A stretch of 64,000 nucleotides of DNA from Octopus vulgaris (Eukaryota). The DNA is taken from contig OX597819.1 of NCBI GenBank assembly GCA_951406725.2, positions 131,006,001 through 131,070,000 of the forward strand. The letters are read 5' to 3'. A program made the position numbers and the translations under genes. This document shows positions 53,001 through 64,000 of this stretch, one piece after another. Position 1 is the stretch's first letter; each line of letters starts with the position of its first letter. The notes under the pieces were generated by a model that was not told the DNA's origin, did no database searches, and saw nothing but the letters and a program-made list of their open reading frames with translations.

Positions 53001-53071
53001 GTACTAAAGTGATGACAATGATACCGCCCCAGTCTGAATTTTGTGCGGAAACGGTACAACTGATTTAGTAC
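53001..53071 (+). ncRNA. SNORD31: SNORD31/U31 (snR67-like) box C/D snoRNA, copy 1 of 7 identical
   Basis: Stem GTACTAAA/TTTAGTAC, box C GTGATGA, guide ATACCGCCCCAGT plus D' CTGA (as recalled for vertebrate U31), box D CTGA. Guide is complementary to 28S ACUGGGGCGGUA (P-loop Gm). Confidence 0.92.
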
Positions 53072-53206
53072 ATAATTGCAATTGTCAGCTCTTAGACTTG
53101 AGTCCAGATTTTATTTTATTTCACCCAGCACATGAAGAATCTAAGTCTCTTAACTTTGCCATTGGTCTGCTATCCAGAAATAGTTTCAATTTATAAAATG
53201 TGTTAA

Positions 53207-53974
53207 CCCTTTCGTTAATATATTTCTGACCAAAATACACCCCTCTTGAGTTTCAATTAAATTCTAAAATAATCATGAATCTAGGCTTGTTTCATTAAAT
53301 AACTAACTTTTATTAACTTTATTAATGTGATATTTGGAACATAATTAAAGAAAGGGTTCTTAATTAATTCTATTGCATAACTTTTGTCTCAAAGTGACTT
53401 TAATAACAGGTAAATTGAGCAAAAGGTAAAAATATTAAAATTTTGTTTAAACATCACCATAGAAAATGAATTATCAGCTAATATTCAAATGGGTATGCAA
53501 CAAAATTTTAGGAAAGTCTGTGGCTTGGTCCAGTTTCTTCAGAAAGATCACCGAAAGAAACAGTTTTTAAATTTTCATTCCATTCAGGTGCCAATTCATT
53601 TTCTTTATCGCTGTCGGAGTTCTCAGATTCATTATCAAATACCACGTGCTTTTTTTTAGTCATAGAGTTAGATTTATCAAGGTCTTCAGTAGAAAATCCT
53701 TCGAATTCTGACTCGCTGCTTGATAGAATGAAATTCGTATCCATTTTTTGTCAGAATTACAAATTTCGGAAAAAAATCTCCCGAAATTCACGGAATTAAA
53801 ATTACACTTCGATCGTTGTACAAAACTAGATGAACTATTTACGAAATATAATTACATGTTTTCACGAATGTACTAAAGAGATTTGCTCTGATATTCTCAT
53901 TTAAATATGGATAGGTAAATGCGGGCGGGTATGAACCAAAATTTTTTTCGGGCGGCGGTTTGGTAACGAATGGG
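53207..53974 (-). mobile_element. Non-autonomous piggyBac-like element with an acidic transposase N-terminal remnant
   Basis: TTAA|CCCTTTCGTTA...GGTAACGAATGGG|TTAA; minus-strand ORF MDTNFILSSSESEFEGFS...; related truncated copy at ~55233-56203. Confidence 0.75.
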
Positions 53975-54017
53975 TTAAGCTACAAATGCTCTCTGATCAC
54001 TTTAGCATCTTGGTAGT

Positions 54018-54088
54018 GTACTAAAGTGATGACAATGATACCGCCCCAGTCTGAATTTTGTGCGGAAACGGTACAACTGATTTAGTAC
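54018..54088 (+). ncRNA. SNORD31: SNORD31/U31 copy 2
   Basis: Identical to 53001-53071. Confidence 0.92.
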
Positions 54089-55121
54089 ATAATTGCAATT
54101 GTCAGCTCTTAGACTTGAGTCCAGATTTTATTTTATTTCACCCAGCACATGAAGAATCTAAGTCTCTTAGCTTTGTCATTGGTCTGCTATCCAAAAATAG
54201 TTTTAATTTACAAAATCTGTTAAGGTTATTGAATTGTGTTCAGTGTTTTGTACAAGTTGAGCTATTGGATGGAAAGTGTCTTGCATAGTGTGGGTTGTAT
54301 TTTTTTTTGTCCTTTTTCCTGTACATAAATGGGTTGGAGCTGAAATAGCTTTGGCATTACTTGGCCAAAGTTTAATCTCTAATCCTTTTTGCTGTTTCTC
54401 ATAGTGTAGAGTTTGGGTCATCAGCAAAAATTGTTGATGCATTGAATAAATTCTTGTTGACTCTTGCATTAGTTAGTTAATTTTTTGGCTCAAAAAGCAA
54501 AAAGCAGGGCCATGTAGGGGCACATGGAGTTACGTACAGGGTAGTGTTCATGTAAAGTGTTCAGGCCACTTGAGGTCGAGGGAGACTTTGAGCCGAGCGT
54601 CTCTTTAGTCAAGTAGTGGTGAGTGGACGAACAAAGGCACAATGGGCTTCTTTCAGTTTCTGTCTACCAAGTATACTCATAAGGCTTTGGTCAACCCAAG
54701 GCTAGTAGAAGACATTTGCCCATGGTTCCACACAGTGGGACTGAACTCTGAACTACACTTCTTACTACACAGCCATGCCCATGGGCATTGGTTTCTGCCC
54801 CTCTGATAATTCCTATCAAGATTGATTTCTGCTTTTCACCTTTCTTGAGTCCTAATAAAACTAGCAGGAGGCAAGGAGTTGATTTAACCCTTTCATTGCC
54901 ATATTTCTACTGAAATAGGGGAGAATTTAGTAAAGGAGCTGGTGTTAGGAATGAAACTTACCATGAAATTGTGATGGGAGATTTTTCAGATAACTTTATG
55001 AAAAGGAGGTTGCCATACCGGAGGAGGTCCCAAGTGGTGTCAAGAAGGGTTAATCCGATAAATGTGTTTGTGTTAAAAATTGTTTGAAACCCTGTTAGGT
55101 TTTATACTTCATCTTGGTAGT

Positions 55122-55192
55122 GTACTAAAGTGATGACAATGATACCGCCCCAGTCTGAATTTTGTGCGGAAACGGTACAACTGATTTAGTAC
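55122..55192 (+). ncRNA. SNORD31: SNORD31/U31 copy 3
   Basis: Identical to 53001-53071. Confidence 0.92.
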
Positions 55193-56246
55193 ATAATTGC
55201 AATTGTCAGCTCTTAGACTTGAGTCCAGATTTTGTTTCAATTAATTTCTAACATAATCCTAAATTTAGTCTGGTTTCATTAAACAACTATTACTTTTTTA
55301 TTCATCAATATATTAATGTGATTTTTGGAAGATAATTTAATGAAATGTTCTCAACCAATTCTATACTATAATTTTTGTCACAAAGTGACTCTAATTGCAG
55401 ATAGATACAGGTAAATTCAACAAAATATAAAATTATTAGAATTTTGTTCAAACATCGCTATAGAAAATGGGTTATTAGCTAATATTCAATTGGGTATACA
55501 ACAAAATTTTACGATAGAATTTGTTATTCTGGGTAACTTTCTGATACTCATAATAATATTTATGGCAAAATAGTCTTAATTTCATTTAAGGTTGTGGGAA
55601 ACCACAAACTATCCTTTCTTTTGCTTTGTTTACATTTAGCGTAATGATTTCAAATAGGCTCATTCGAAAAAGTAAAAAGAAATATCTAAGGCTTTACTCT
55701 CCTGGGAAAGTCTGTGGCTTGGACTAGTTTCTTCAGAAAAATCACCGAAAGGAACAGTTTTAAATTTTCACTCCATTCAGGTGCCAATTCATTTTCTTTA
55801 TCGCTGTCGGAGCTCTTGGATTCACTGTTTTCACTTTCGGAAAATGAAACATCAGATTCATTATCAAATACCACATGCTTTTTTTTTTTTTTATCATAGT
55901 TAGATTTATCAAGGTCTTCAAGAGAAAATCCTTCGAATTCTGACTCGCTGCTTGATTTTATGAAATTCGTATCCATTTTTTGTCAGAATTACAAATTTTG
56001 AAAACACTATAGGAACAAATTTCGGAAAGAAATCTCCCAAAATTCACGGAATTAAAGTTACACTTCAATCATTGTACAAAACTGTAGATGAACTGTTTAT
56101 GAAGTATAATCACGTGTTTTCACGAATGTACTAAAGAGATTTGCTCTGATATTCTCATTTAAATATGAATATGTATATTTGGGCGGTTTGGTAGCGAAAA
56201 AGGTTAAACTACAAATGTTCTCTAATCAGTTTAGCGTCTTGGTAGT

Positions 56247-56317
56247 GTACTAAAGTGATGACAATGATACCGCCCCAGTCTGAATTTTGTGCGGAAACGG
56301 TACAACTGATTTAGTAC
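56247..56317 (+). ncRNA. SNORD31: SNORD31/U31 copy 4
   Basis: Identical to 53001-53071. Confidence 0.92.
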
Positions 56318-57341
56318 ATAATTGCAATTGTCAGCTCTTAGACTTGAGTCCAGATTTTATTTTATTTCACCCAGCACATGAAGAATCTAAGTCTCTTAGC
56401 TTTGTCATTGGTCTGCTATCCAGAAATAGTTTCAATTTACAAAATCTGTTAAGGTTATTGAATTGTGTTCAGTGTTTTGTACAAGTTGAGCTATTGGATG
56501 GAAAGTGTCTTGCATAGTGTGGGTTGCATTTTTTTTTGTCCTTTTTCCTGTACATAAAAGGGTTGGAGCTGAAATAGCTTTGGCATTACTTGGCCTAAGA
56601 TTAATCTCTAATCCTTTTTGCTGTTTCTCATAGTGTAGAGTTTGGGTCATCAGCAAAAATTGTTGATGCATTGAATAAATTCTTGTTGACTCTTGCAAGG
56701 CCATGTAGGGGCACACGGAGTTACGTACAGGGTGGTGTTCAGGCCACTTGAGGTCAAGGGAGACTTTGAACCGAGCGGTTGTCGGCATTTTCACCATCTC
56801 GTGAACTTTTTTTGTTTTAAGGCTTGGTATTTATTCTATTGGTCTCTTTAGTCAAGTAGTGGTGAGTGGACGAACAAAGGCACAATGGACTTCTTTCAGT
56901 TTCTGTCTACCAGGTCTATTCAAAGGCTTTGGTCAACCCAAGGTTAGAAGACATTTGCCCATGGTGCCACACAGTGGGACTGAACTCTGAACTACACTTC
57001 TTACTACACAGCCATGCCCATGGGCATTAGTTTCTGCTCCTATCAACATTGATTTCTGCTAAAAATTGTTTGAAACCCTGTTAGGTTTTATACTTCACTG
57101 TCAGCTTTGTACACCAGTGATATTGGGATCCGTTGGTCCTGATTTGTAGAGCGATTACGCATTCCGTCGTTGAATTCAGCTTTTGTTAGTAATGTGGTGG
57201 ACCTTCCAAAATCTTTGGATTGAATTTTTTTTAAGTGGGATACATGTTGGTAGAAAACAGGCTCACTTGTCTTTGCACTTTGAAGTAGTGGCAAACTTTC
57301 AAACTACAAATGGTCTCTGATCAGTTTAGCGTCTTGGTAGT

Positions 57342-57412
57342 GTACTAAAGTGATGACAATGATACCGCCCCAGTCTGAATTTTGTGCGGAAACGGTACAA
57401 CTGATTTAGTAC
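57342..57412 (+). ncRNA. SNORD31: SNORD31/U31 copy 5
   Basis: Identical to 53001-53071. Confidence 0.92.
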
Positions 57413-58817
57413 ATAATTGGAATTGTCAGCTCTTAGACTTGAGTCCAGATTTTATTTTATTTCACCCAGCACATGAAGAATCTAAGTCTCTTAGCTTTGC
57501 CATTGGTCTGCTATCCAGAAATAGTTTTAATTTACAAAATCTGTTAAGGTTATTGAATTGTGTTCAGTGTTTTGTACAAGTTGAGCTTTTGGATGGAAAG
57601 TGTCTTGCATAGTGTGGGTTGTATTTTTTTTTTTTGGTCCTTTTTCCTGTACATAAAAGGGTTGGAGCTGAAATAATTTTGGTATTACTTGGCCTAAGAT
57701 TAATCTCTAATCCTTTTTGCTGTTTCTCATAGTGTAGAGTTTGGGTCATCAGCAAAAGTTGTTGATGCATTGAATAAATTCTTGTTGACTCTTGCATTAG
57801 ATTTAATACTGATTTTGCAGTAATTGTGGTGATATCCCAGTCTGTTTAGTGAGTTCATAGTCTAATGATTTGAACCCAGAACTTTTTTTTTTTTAAGGCT
57901 TGGTATTTATTCTATTGGTCTCTTTTGTCAAGTGGTGGTGAGTGGACAAGCAAAAGTACAATGGACTTCTTTCAGCTTCTGTCTACCAAGTGTACTCATA
58001 AGGCTTTGGTCAACCCAAGGCTAGAAGACATTTTCCCATGGTGCCACACAGTGGGACTGAACTCTGAACTACACAGCCATGCCCATGGGCATTGGTTTCT
58101 GCCCCTCTGATAAGTCCTGTCAAGATTGATTTCTGCTTTTCACCTTTCTTGAGTCCTAATAAAACTAGTATGAGGCAAGGAGTTGATTTAACCCTTTCAG
58201 TGCCATATTTCTACTGAAATAGGGAAGAATTTAGTAAAAGAGTTCGTGTTAGGAATGAAACTTACCATGGAATTGTGATGGAAGATTTTTCAGATAACTT
58301 TTGAGAAAAGGAGGTTGACAGAGGCGCAGGAGTGGCTGTGTAGTAAGTAGCTTGCTAACCAACCACATGGTTCCGGGTTCAGTCCCACTGCGTGGCATCT
58401 TGGGCAAGTGTCTTCTGCTATAGCCCCGGGCCGACCAATGCCTTGTGAGTGGATTTGGTAGACGGAAACTGAAAGAAGCCTGTCGTATATATATATAAGT
58501 TTGTGTGTCTGTGTTTTTTCCCTCTAGCATTGCTTGACAACCGATGCTGGTGTGTTTCCGTCCCCGTCAATTAGCGATTCGGCAAAAGAGACCGATAGAA
58601 TAAGTACTGGGCTTACAAAAGAATAAGTCCCGGGGTCTATTTGCTCGACTAAAGGCGGTGCTCCAGCATGGCCGCAGTCGAATAACTGAAACAAGTAAAG
58701 GAGTAAGAGTATACCGGAGGAGGTCCCAAGTGGTGTCAAGAAGGGTTAATCCAATAAATGTGTTTGTGTTAAAAATTGTTTGAAACCCTGTTAGGTTTTA
58801 TACTTCATCTTGGTAGT

Positions 58818-58888
58818 GTACTAAAGTGATGACAATGATACCGCCCCAGTCTGAATTTTGTGCGGAAACGGTACAACTGATTTAGTAC
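58818..58888 (+). ncRNA. SNORD31: SNORD31/U31 copy 6
   Basis: Identical to 53001-53071. Confidence 0.92.
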
Positions 58889-59290
58889 ATAATTGCAATT
58901 GCCAGCTCTTAGACTTGAGTCCAGATTTTATTTTATTTCACCCAGCACATGAAGAATCTAAGTCTCTTAGCTTTGCCATTGGTCTGCTATCCAGAAATAG
59001 TTTTAATTTACAAAATCTGTTAAGGTTATTGAATTGTGTTCAGTGTTTTGTACAAGTTGAGCTATTGGATGGAGAGTGTCTTGCATAGTGTGGGTTGCAT
59101 TTTTTTCCTGTGCATGAAAGGGTTGGAGCTGAAATAATTTTGGCATTACTTGGCCTAAGATTAATCTCTAATCCTTTTTCTTGTTTCTCATAGTGTAGAG
59201 TTTGGGTCTTCAGCAAAAGTTGTTGATGCATTGAATAAATTCTTGTTGACTCTTGCATTAGATTTAATACTGATTTTGCAGTAATTGTGG

Positions 59291-60598
59291 TATAAGAACA
59301 GGTTCATATGCCGTCGTATCGTATAGGGAATACAATTGCACGCGATCCCATTCTTAATGAGTTATTCCATGCCGTACAATACATACAGTAACAATAAAAC
59401 ATAAGTGGATTGACGACTAGTCTTCTGTTTGGCGATAAACCTTATTTATTTTACAATCGTGTTGATGTTGGGAGTTTGTAAGCGTTAGCAGGTTTTGTGT
59501 CTGTGTGTTCGTGAGTGTGACAGAGCGAAAGGTGAATGTGATTGACATAGAAAAGTACCTGATGGTGGAGGCGGCAAAGATAGTAGACTCTCCGTGTTGA
59601 GTGTACATTTAGCATCGTAGCTAGTTGTAGCAGGAACAATTGTATATCATTTGGTTGAGCAGCGCTGTCTCTGAAGCCAGTTCTTACAAGAACTAAAACT
59701 AAAGACAGGTAATTGATTTACTGTTTATGAGGTACACGAAGTGTAAGAGTTCAATATCAAGATGTTGTGTCTCGGAGCTGAGATTAGTTGAATCACTTGT
59801 GTTTATCTTTCTCTTGATATGAACATTCTTTCAGATATATTTACTGTAGCCGTTTTCCCGTGGTGAGATTTTTACCTAACCGCTTGAGTTGAATCTGTAG
59901 TTATCTTGTGTACAAGTTAAATCTTCGTAGATAGAGACGATGTTGGCGATGACGTTGTGTCTACTGCTTGGTTTTTGCAGCGTCTTCATTATATATTCTG
60001 CTTGGTTAGTTTTCTCTTGATATAGATATTCTGCAACTGTTTTTCCGTGGTGAGATTTTCACACTAACCATTCATCTTATGTACAAGGTAAATCTTCGTA
60101 GATGGTTTTGCTTGGTGGTCGCCTGCCTTTCGAACTGGAACATGTTTGAGTATGCTCTGTGTGGTCAGAGGTTTAGTCCCCACCAGGACTAGAAACCAAA
60201 GACGAACTCTGTGGTCAGAGGTCAGTTCTGAGAAGAACTAGAAACCTAAGACGAAAAGTGTCTGAGAAACACTCTCTTATATACAGGTTAGGTGGCTCAA
60301 ACGAACTTCAGAAATGGAAAGCTGTGATTGGCTGTTTGGAACAATGGCGCGAAAATAAGCGGAGACAAATTGCGTCACGTGACAACCAGCAGTGCGAACC
60401 GTGCAGAGACCGCTCGTGTCACATGTCAACCAGTGGTGCGAACTAAGTAGAGACAAATCGCGTCACGTGTCAACCAAACGGATTAGTGTTTACAACAAAC
60501 GTTAAACTAGCTGAAGATGTTTGTAATCTCGAACAAGATTATTCTTAATGCTCTTCTCAAACAGTGAAGATAGCAATGGGGGAAACGATATTGCTACA
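59291..60598 (-). mobile_element. Solo LTR (~1.3 kb) with 4-bp TSD
   Basis: Interrupts TAATTGTGGTGATATCCC (intact at 57821 and 61449). TSD GTGG at 59287-59290 and 60599-60602. Minus strand starts TGTAG and ends CTTATA (probably mutated CA); contains CCAAT, TATATAA (~60280) and AATAAA (~59445). Confidence 0.8.
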
Positions 60599-61017
60599 GT
60601 GGTGATATCCCAGTCTGTTTAGTGAGTTCATAGTCTAATGATTTGAAACCCAGTACCTTTTTTGTTTTAAGGCTTGGTATTTATTCTATTGGTCTCTTTA
60701 GTCAAGTAGTGGTGAGTGGGCATTGGTTTCTGCCCCTCTAATAAGTCCTAATAAAACTAGCAGGAGGCAAGGAGTTGATTTAACCCTTTCATTGCCATAT
60801 TTCTACTGAAATAGGGGAGAATTTAGTAAAAGAGCTGGTGTTAGGAATGAAACTTACCATGAAATTGTGATGGGAGATTTTTCAGATAACTTTATGAAAA
60901 GGAGGTTGCCATACTGGAGGAGGTCCCAAGTGGTGTCAAGAAGGGTTAATCCGATAAATGTGTTTGTGTTAAAAATTGTTTGAAACCCTGTTAGGTTTTA
61001 TGCTTCATCTTGGTAGT

Positions 61018-61088
61018 GTACTAAAGTGATGACAATGATACCGCCCCAGTCTGAATTTTGTGCGGAAACGGTACAACTGATTTAGTAC
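61018..61088 (+). ncRNA. SNORD31: SNORD31/U31 copy 7
   Basis: Identical to 53001-53071. Confidence 0.92.
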
Positions 61089-62739
61089 ATAATTGCAATT
61101 GTCAGCTCTTAGACTTGAGTCCAGATTTTATTTTATTTCACCCAGCACATGAAGAATCTAAGTCTCTTAGCTTTGTCATTGGTCTGCTATCCAGAAATAG
61201 TTTTAAATTACAAAATGTGTTCAGTGTTTTGTACAAGTTGAGCTATTGGATGGAACGTGGGTTGCATTTTTTTCCTGTGCATGAAAGGGTTGGAGCTGAA
61301 ATAATTTTGGCATTAGTTGGCCTAAGATTAATCTCTAATCCTTTTTCTTGTTTCTCATAGTGTAAGGTTTGGGTCATCAGCAAAAGTTGTTGATGCATTG
61401 AATAAATTCTTGTTGACTCTTGCATTAGATTTAATACTGATTTTGCAGTAATTGTGGTGATATCCCAGTCTGTTTAGTGAGTTCATAGTCTAATGATATC
61501 GATGTGCTCTTAATTGCCGTACATTCTTTAGATCTATTGCTTTGTGTTGCATGTTTTGTCTAATTTACTTTACTGTTTAGTAAAAAAAAATGTGAACTGT
61601 CAATGGCTTGGCTGAAAATACAAGTCTAGCAGTCCAAATGCATTATAGATATTTCTAAAAAGGAATTCAATAGAATATTCATCCTGTTTCTGCCACAGTT
61701 ATGACTTGTATTCTAATTATATTTGCTCCTCTTCTGAATGTAACATGTAATGAAAGTCTGGAGCCAACAGAAGTTTCCTTTTCATGTATATATCTTATAC
61801 ATTTTTCTTCTTTTTTCCCCCAAACCACAGGTTCAAAACTGACAGCAGATGATGGTATTGAGCATCCATTTTAAACTATTATTTGAGGCATTCTCAAGTG
61901 CTTGATATAATTCCAAATATACAAGATCTTCATGGTGATGACACACATAAGGAATTTTCTACTGGACCAGAATTCTATACACTCTGTAGAAGAAATGAAT
62001 AAAAGTTCTTCAAAACCAACAAAATTACTTTTCTTTTTTTTTTTTTCTTTTTTTTAACTACATATTGTAGATATTGAATAAATGTTCATCATATAATCAT
62101 GAGGATTTAAAAATCATATTTTATATTCTATATGCATGTTTGATGTGTCAGTCTTTTGTAGTGATGATTATATTTTAAAAAATATGCTTTTGTTGCAGAG
62201 AAAATAGCATTATTGATCATTTTTTTTTCTATCTTCATCAGAACAAATTGCATCTTAATTTATGGGATTAACAGCAGTGTGAAAAGATTTGGGTTTTTTA
62301 GATATTCTTTGTGCTCGCATAGGAGGCCAAAGGGGTTTCTGCAGCAAGTCAATAACAAAATTAGATTAGAAAAGTCACATCCACATACCAAATGACAAAT
62401 AAATTTCATGAAATAATGCAAAACAATTGAACAGGTATGTCAAGCAACAAATGAATTTGTTGCAATCTTGTTTTACAAACATTTTCAGGATGGAAAAAGT
62501 CGTTGGTTTACTGCTCTGGTTCCTTTTTATTTCGATTCATTTTTAAACTGTTTTAGTTTAGTCTTTGGAACCTGCATTATGAAATGTGGATAGGGTTCAG
62601 ATCTCAATAAAACCAGAGGATTTGATTTTCTTTTGCTCCTTTCAGAGATATTGAATGGACTGGTTATAAATATTGTGGGTGTTAACCATCTATAAAATTT
62701 CTTTATAAGGACAAAGGGGAAGCCTTAGAAATAATTATA

Positions 62740-64000
62740 CGGAAATCAAATTTATAGGCCAAGGTTATGGAGAAAGTTATAGCCCAGTTGATCAGTGATA
62801 GGGGCCTGGATGAGAAGCAGCACCACATAAGCTGCTATATTTGACTTTTGTTTCAAAGAAAACCTTTTACAGGGTTATGACATTCAGTGGGCATTGAGGA
62901 AATGATGAATGGCCTGTGGCAGGCAGTTTGAGCTATGTACAAGGTACAGCAAGTGATGGAGGTAGGTGTTGATCAAGGTTCAGTCCTCTGCTATTTTTCA
63001 TATGCCTTCAAGCTCTCCAGGGGGTCTTGATGTGCAGCTGGATCCCTATAGGAATTAGAAGAATTGGAAGTATGGAAGCTGAAATTGAGGAGACTTAAAG
63101 GTAAGCTTAACAATGACAAGTTTTAGTAGAAAGGAAATGGCCTTGCTTGATATGTGGAAAAACTGATGTAAGTTTGGAATTAAATGGACCACCTGGAAAT
63201 GTTTTGTGTGCAGTAGGGTCATATGAACTCAATGGAAGCTGAGTCTCCAGCCTAATAAATGTTACCAGCAGTGGGTGGTTGCTCTGACAAAGTAGTAGCT
63301 AGAGTGAGGACTGTTTGGAGAAAGTTCAGAGCTTCCGACTGCAGTGAGACATGGTCTTTGAGTATGAGCATGTTGTGTATGTATGTCTGAGGCTGGCAGT
63401 TGTGTAGAGAAATTCTACTCATTAATGTGGCTAACACTAGCTGAATGATAACTGAGTTATTTTACTAAATTCTTTGTTATATTTAAAATAATTGAAAGAA
63501 ACACAGAGCATCTCAACAGAAATAGGGTAATGAAAGCTGACTTTGGGATCCTGAGCATGATGGAAAAGATGACAAAAAGACTGGGTTCTCTTGAGAAGAC
63601 CTCATTAGCAAAAGAAGTGCTCTCCACTTGCATTACAGTGATTCCTACCTCTCCCATGCATTAGGCCTGCCTCTCTCCACCATCTGCAAGCTACCCAATA
63701 ATCTCATCCATCTCTCTTGCCCTTCAGTCTCTTCTACATCTGCAGCTCCTTACTCGGTCATCCTTCAACCCTACCCATTTTAGCAGTATGCATCCCCTCA
63801 TTCTCCTTCCCATCCAATCTTGCAAATGAATTCAACTTACCTTGTACTTTGTGGGGCCATCTAAACACATCACTCTTATCTCTAGCAGTCCCTACGGTTC
63901 ATTTCCTTTTCTCCCCCACTCCTCTACTAGTTGGGTGCAGCCATCTGGGTCCTGTACTGCTGCCTTCCTCCAGTTCTCATCAATCTCCTTATCCTTTAGC
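62740..64000. mobile_element. Highly decayed LINE (probably RTE-like) fragments
   Basis: Remnant motifs such as VDLEKPFT-like, VGVDQGSVL and WPCLICGK on the plus strand; endonuclease-like residues on the minus strand near the window end; no intact ORF. Confidence 0.4.

Larger units (their letters stand above)
52440..61500 (+). repeat. Irregular tandem array (~1-2 kb units), each containing one U31 copy plus SINE and piggyBac-MITE relics
   Basis: Near-identical blocks recur, seen as the repeated pseudo-ORF MCGNGTTDLVHNC at 54058, 56287, 57382, 58858 and 61058. Confidence 0.93.
45353..62020 (+). ncRNA. Putative spliced non-coding snoRNA host gene (UHG/SNHG1-like)
   Basis: TOP-like exon 1; candidate acceptors at ~47140, 49294, 50742 and 61830; donor AG|GTAAGG at 51483; AATAAA at 61998 followed by a U-rich tract; no credible protein ORF; all U31 copies on the same strand. 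The exon chain is inferred. Confidence 0.6.

Noticed and set aside
52990-61100. Identical short repeats separated by longer sequence, superficially CRISPR-like
   Set aside because: Eukaryotic DNA, intervening sequences are kb-sized and homologous to each other, no cas genes; the repeats are snoRNAs.
54058-61425. Repeated ORFs MCGNGTTDLVHNC... and MQESTRIYSMHQQ...
   Set aside because: Non-ATG starts, overlap with the snoRNA, variable frameshifts and no protein-like motifs; by-products of the tandem repeat.

Overview
Repeat-rich, AT-rich eukaryotic DNA. The SINE content looks like octopus or another coleoid cephalopod (inferred from recalled repeat families). Nearly all ORFs in the supplied track are microsatellite or SINE noise. 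Supported content: (1) an intact tRNA-Phe(GAA) at 125-197. (2) A spliced RPLP2 gene (TCT-motif first exon ~13.8-13.96 kb, coding exons 23755-25018); its ~9.8 kb first intron holds a tandem array of a ~1.6-2.3 kb unit carrying one candidate box H/ACA and one candidate box C/D snoRNA. (3) An apparently non-coding, TOP-type snoRNA host gene (~45350-62020) with 7 identical plus several diverged copies of an SNORD31/U31 homologue. (4) An intact DD42D (rosa/DD41D-like) Tc1/mariner transposase ORF at 37307-38356. (5) Many mobile-element relics: RTE LINE, Helitron, piggyBac-like and Merlin-like MITEs, a solo LTR, Penelope-type ends with minimal hammerhead ribozyme motifs, and several SINE families. 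The most striking signal is two neighbouring loci where rRNA-modification guides were amplified in tandem, with two predicted targets about 22 nt apart in the 28S peptidyl-transferase region. rRNA and snoRNA reference sequences were recalled from memory, not searched.
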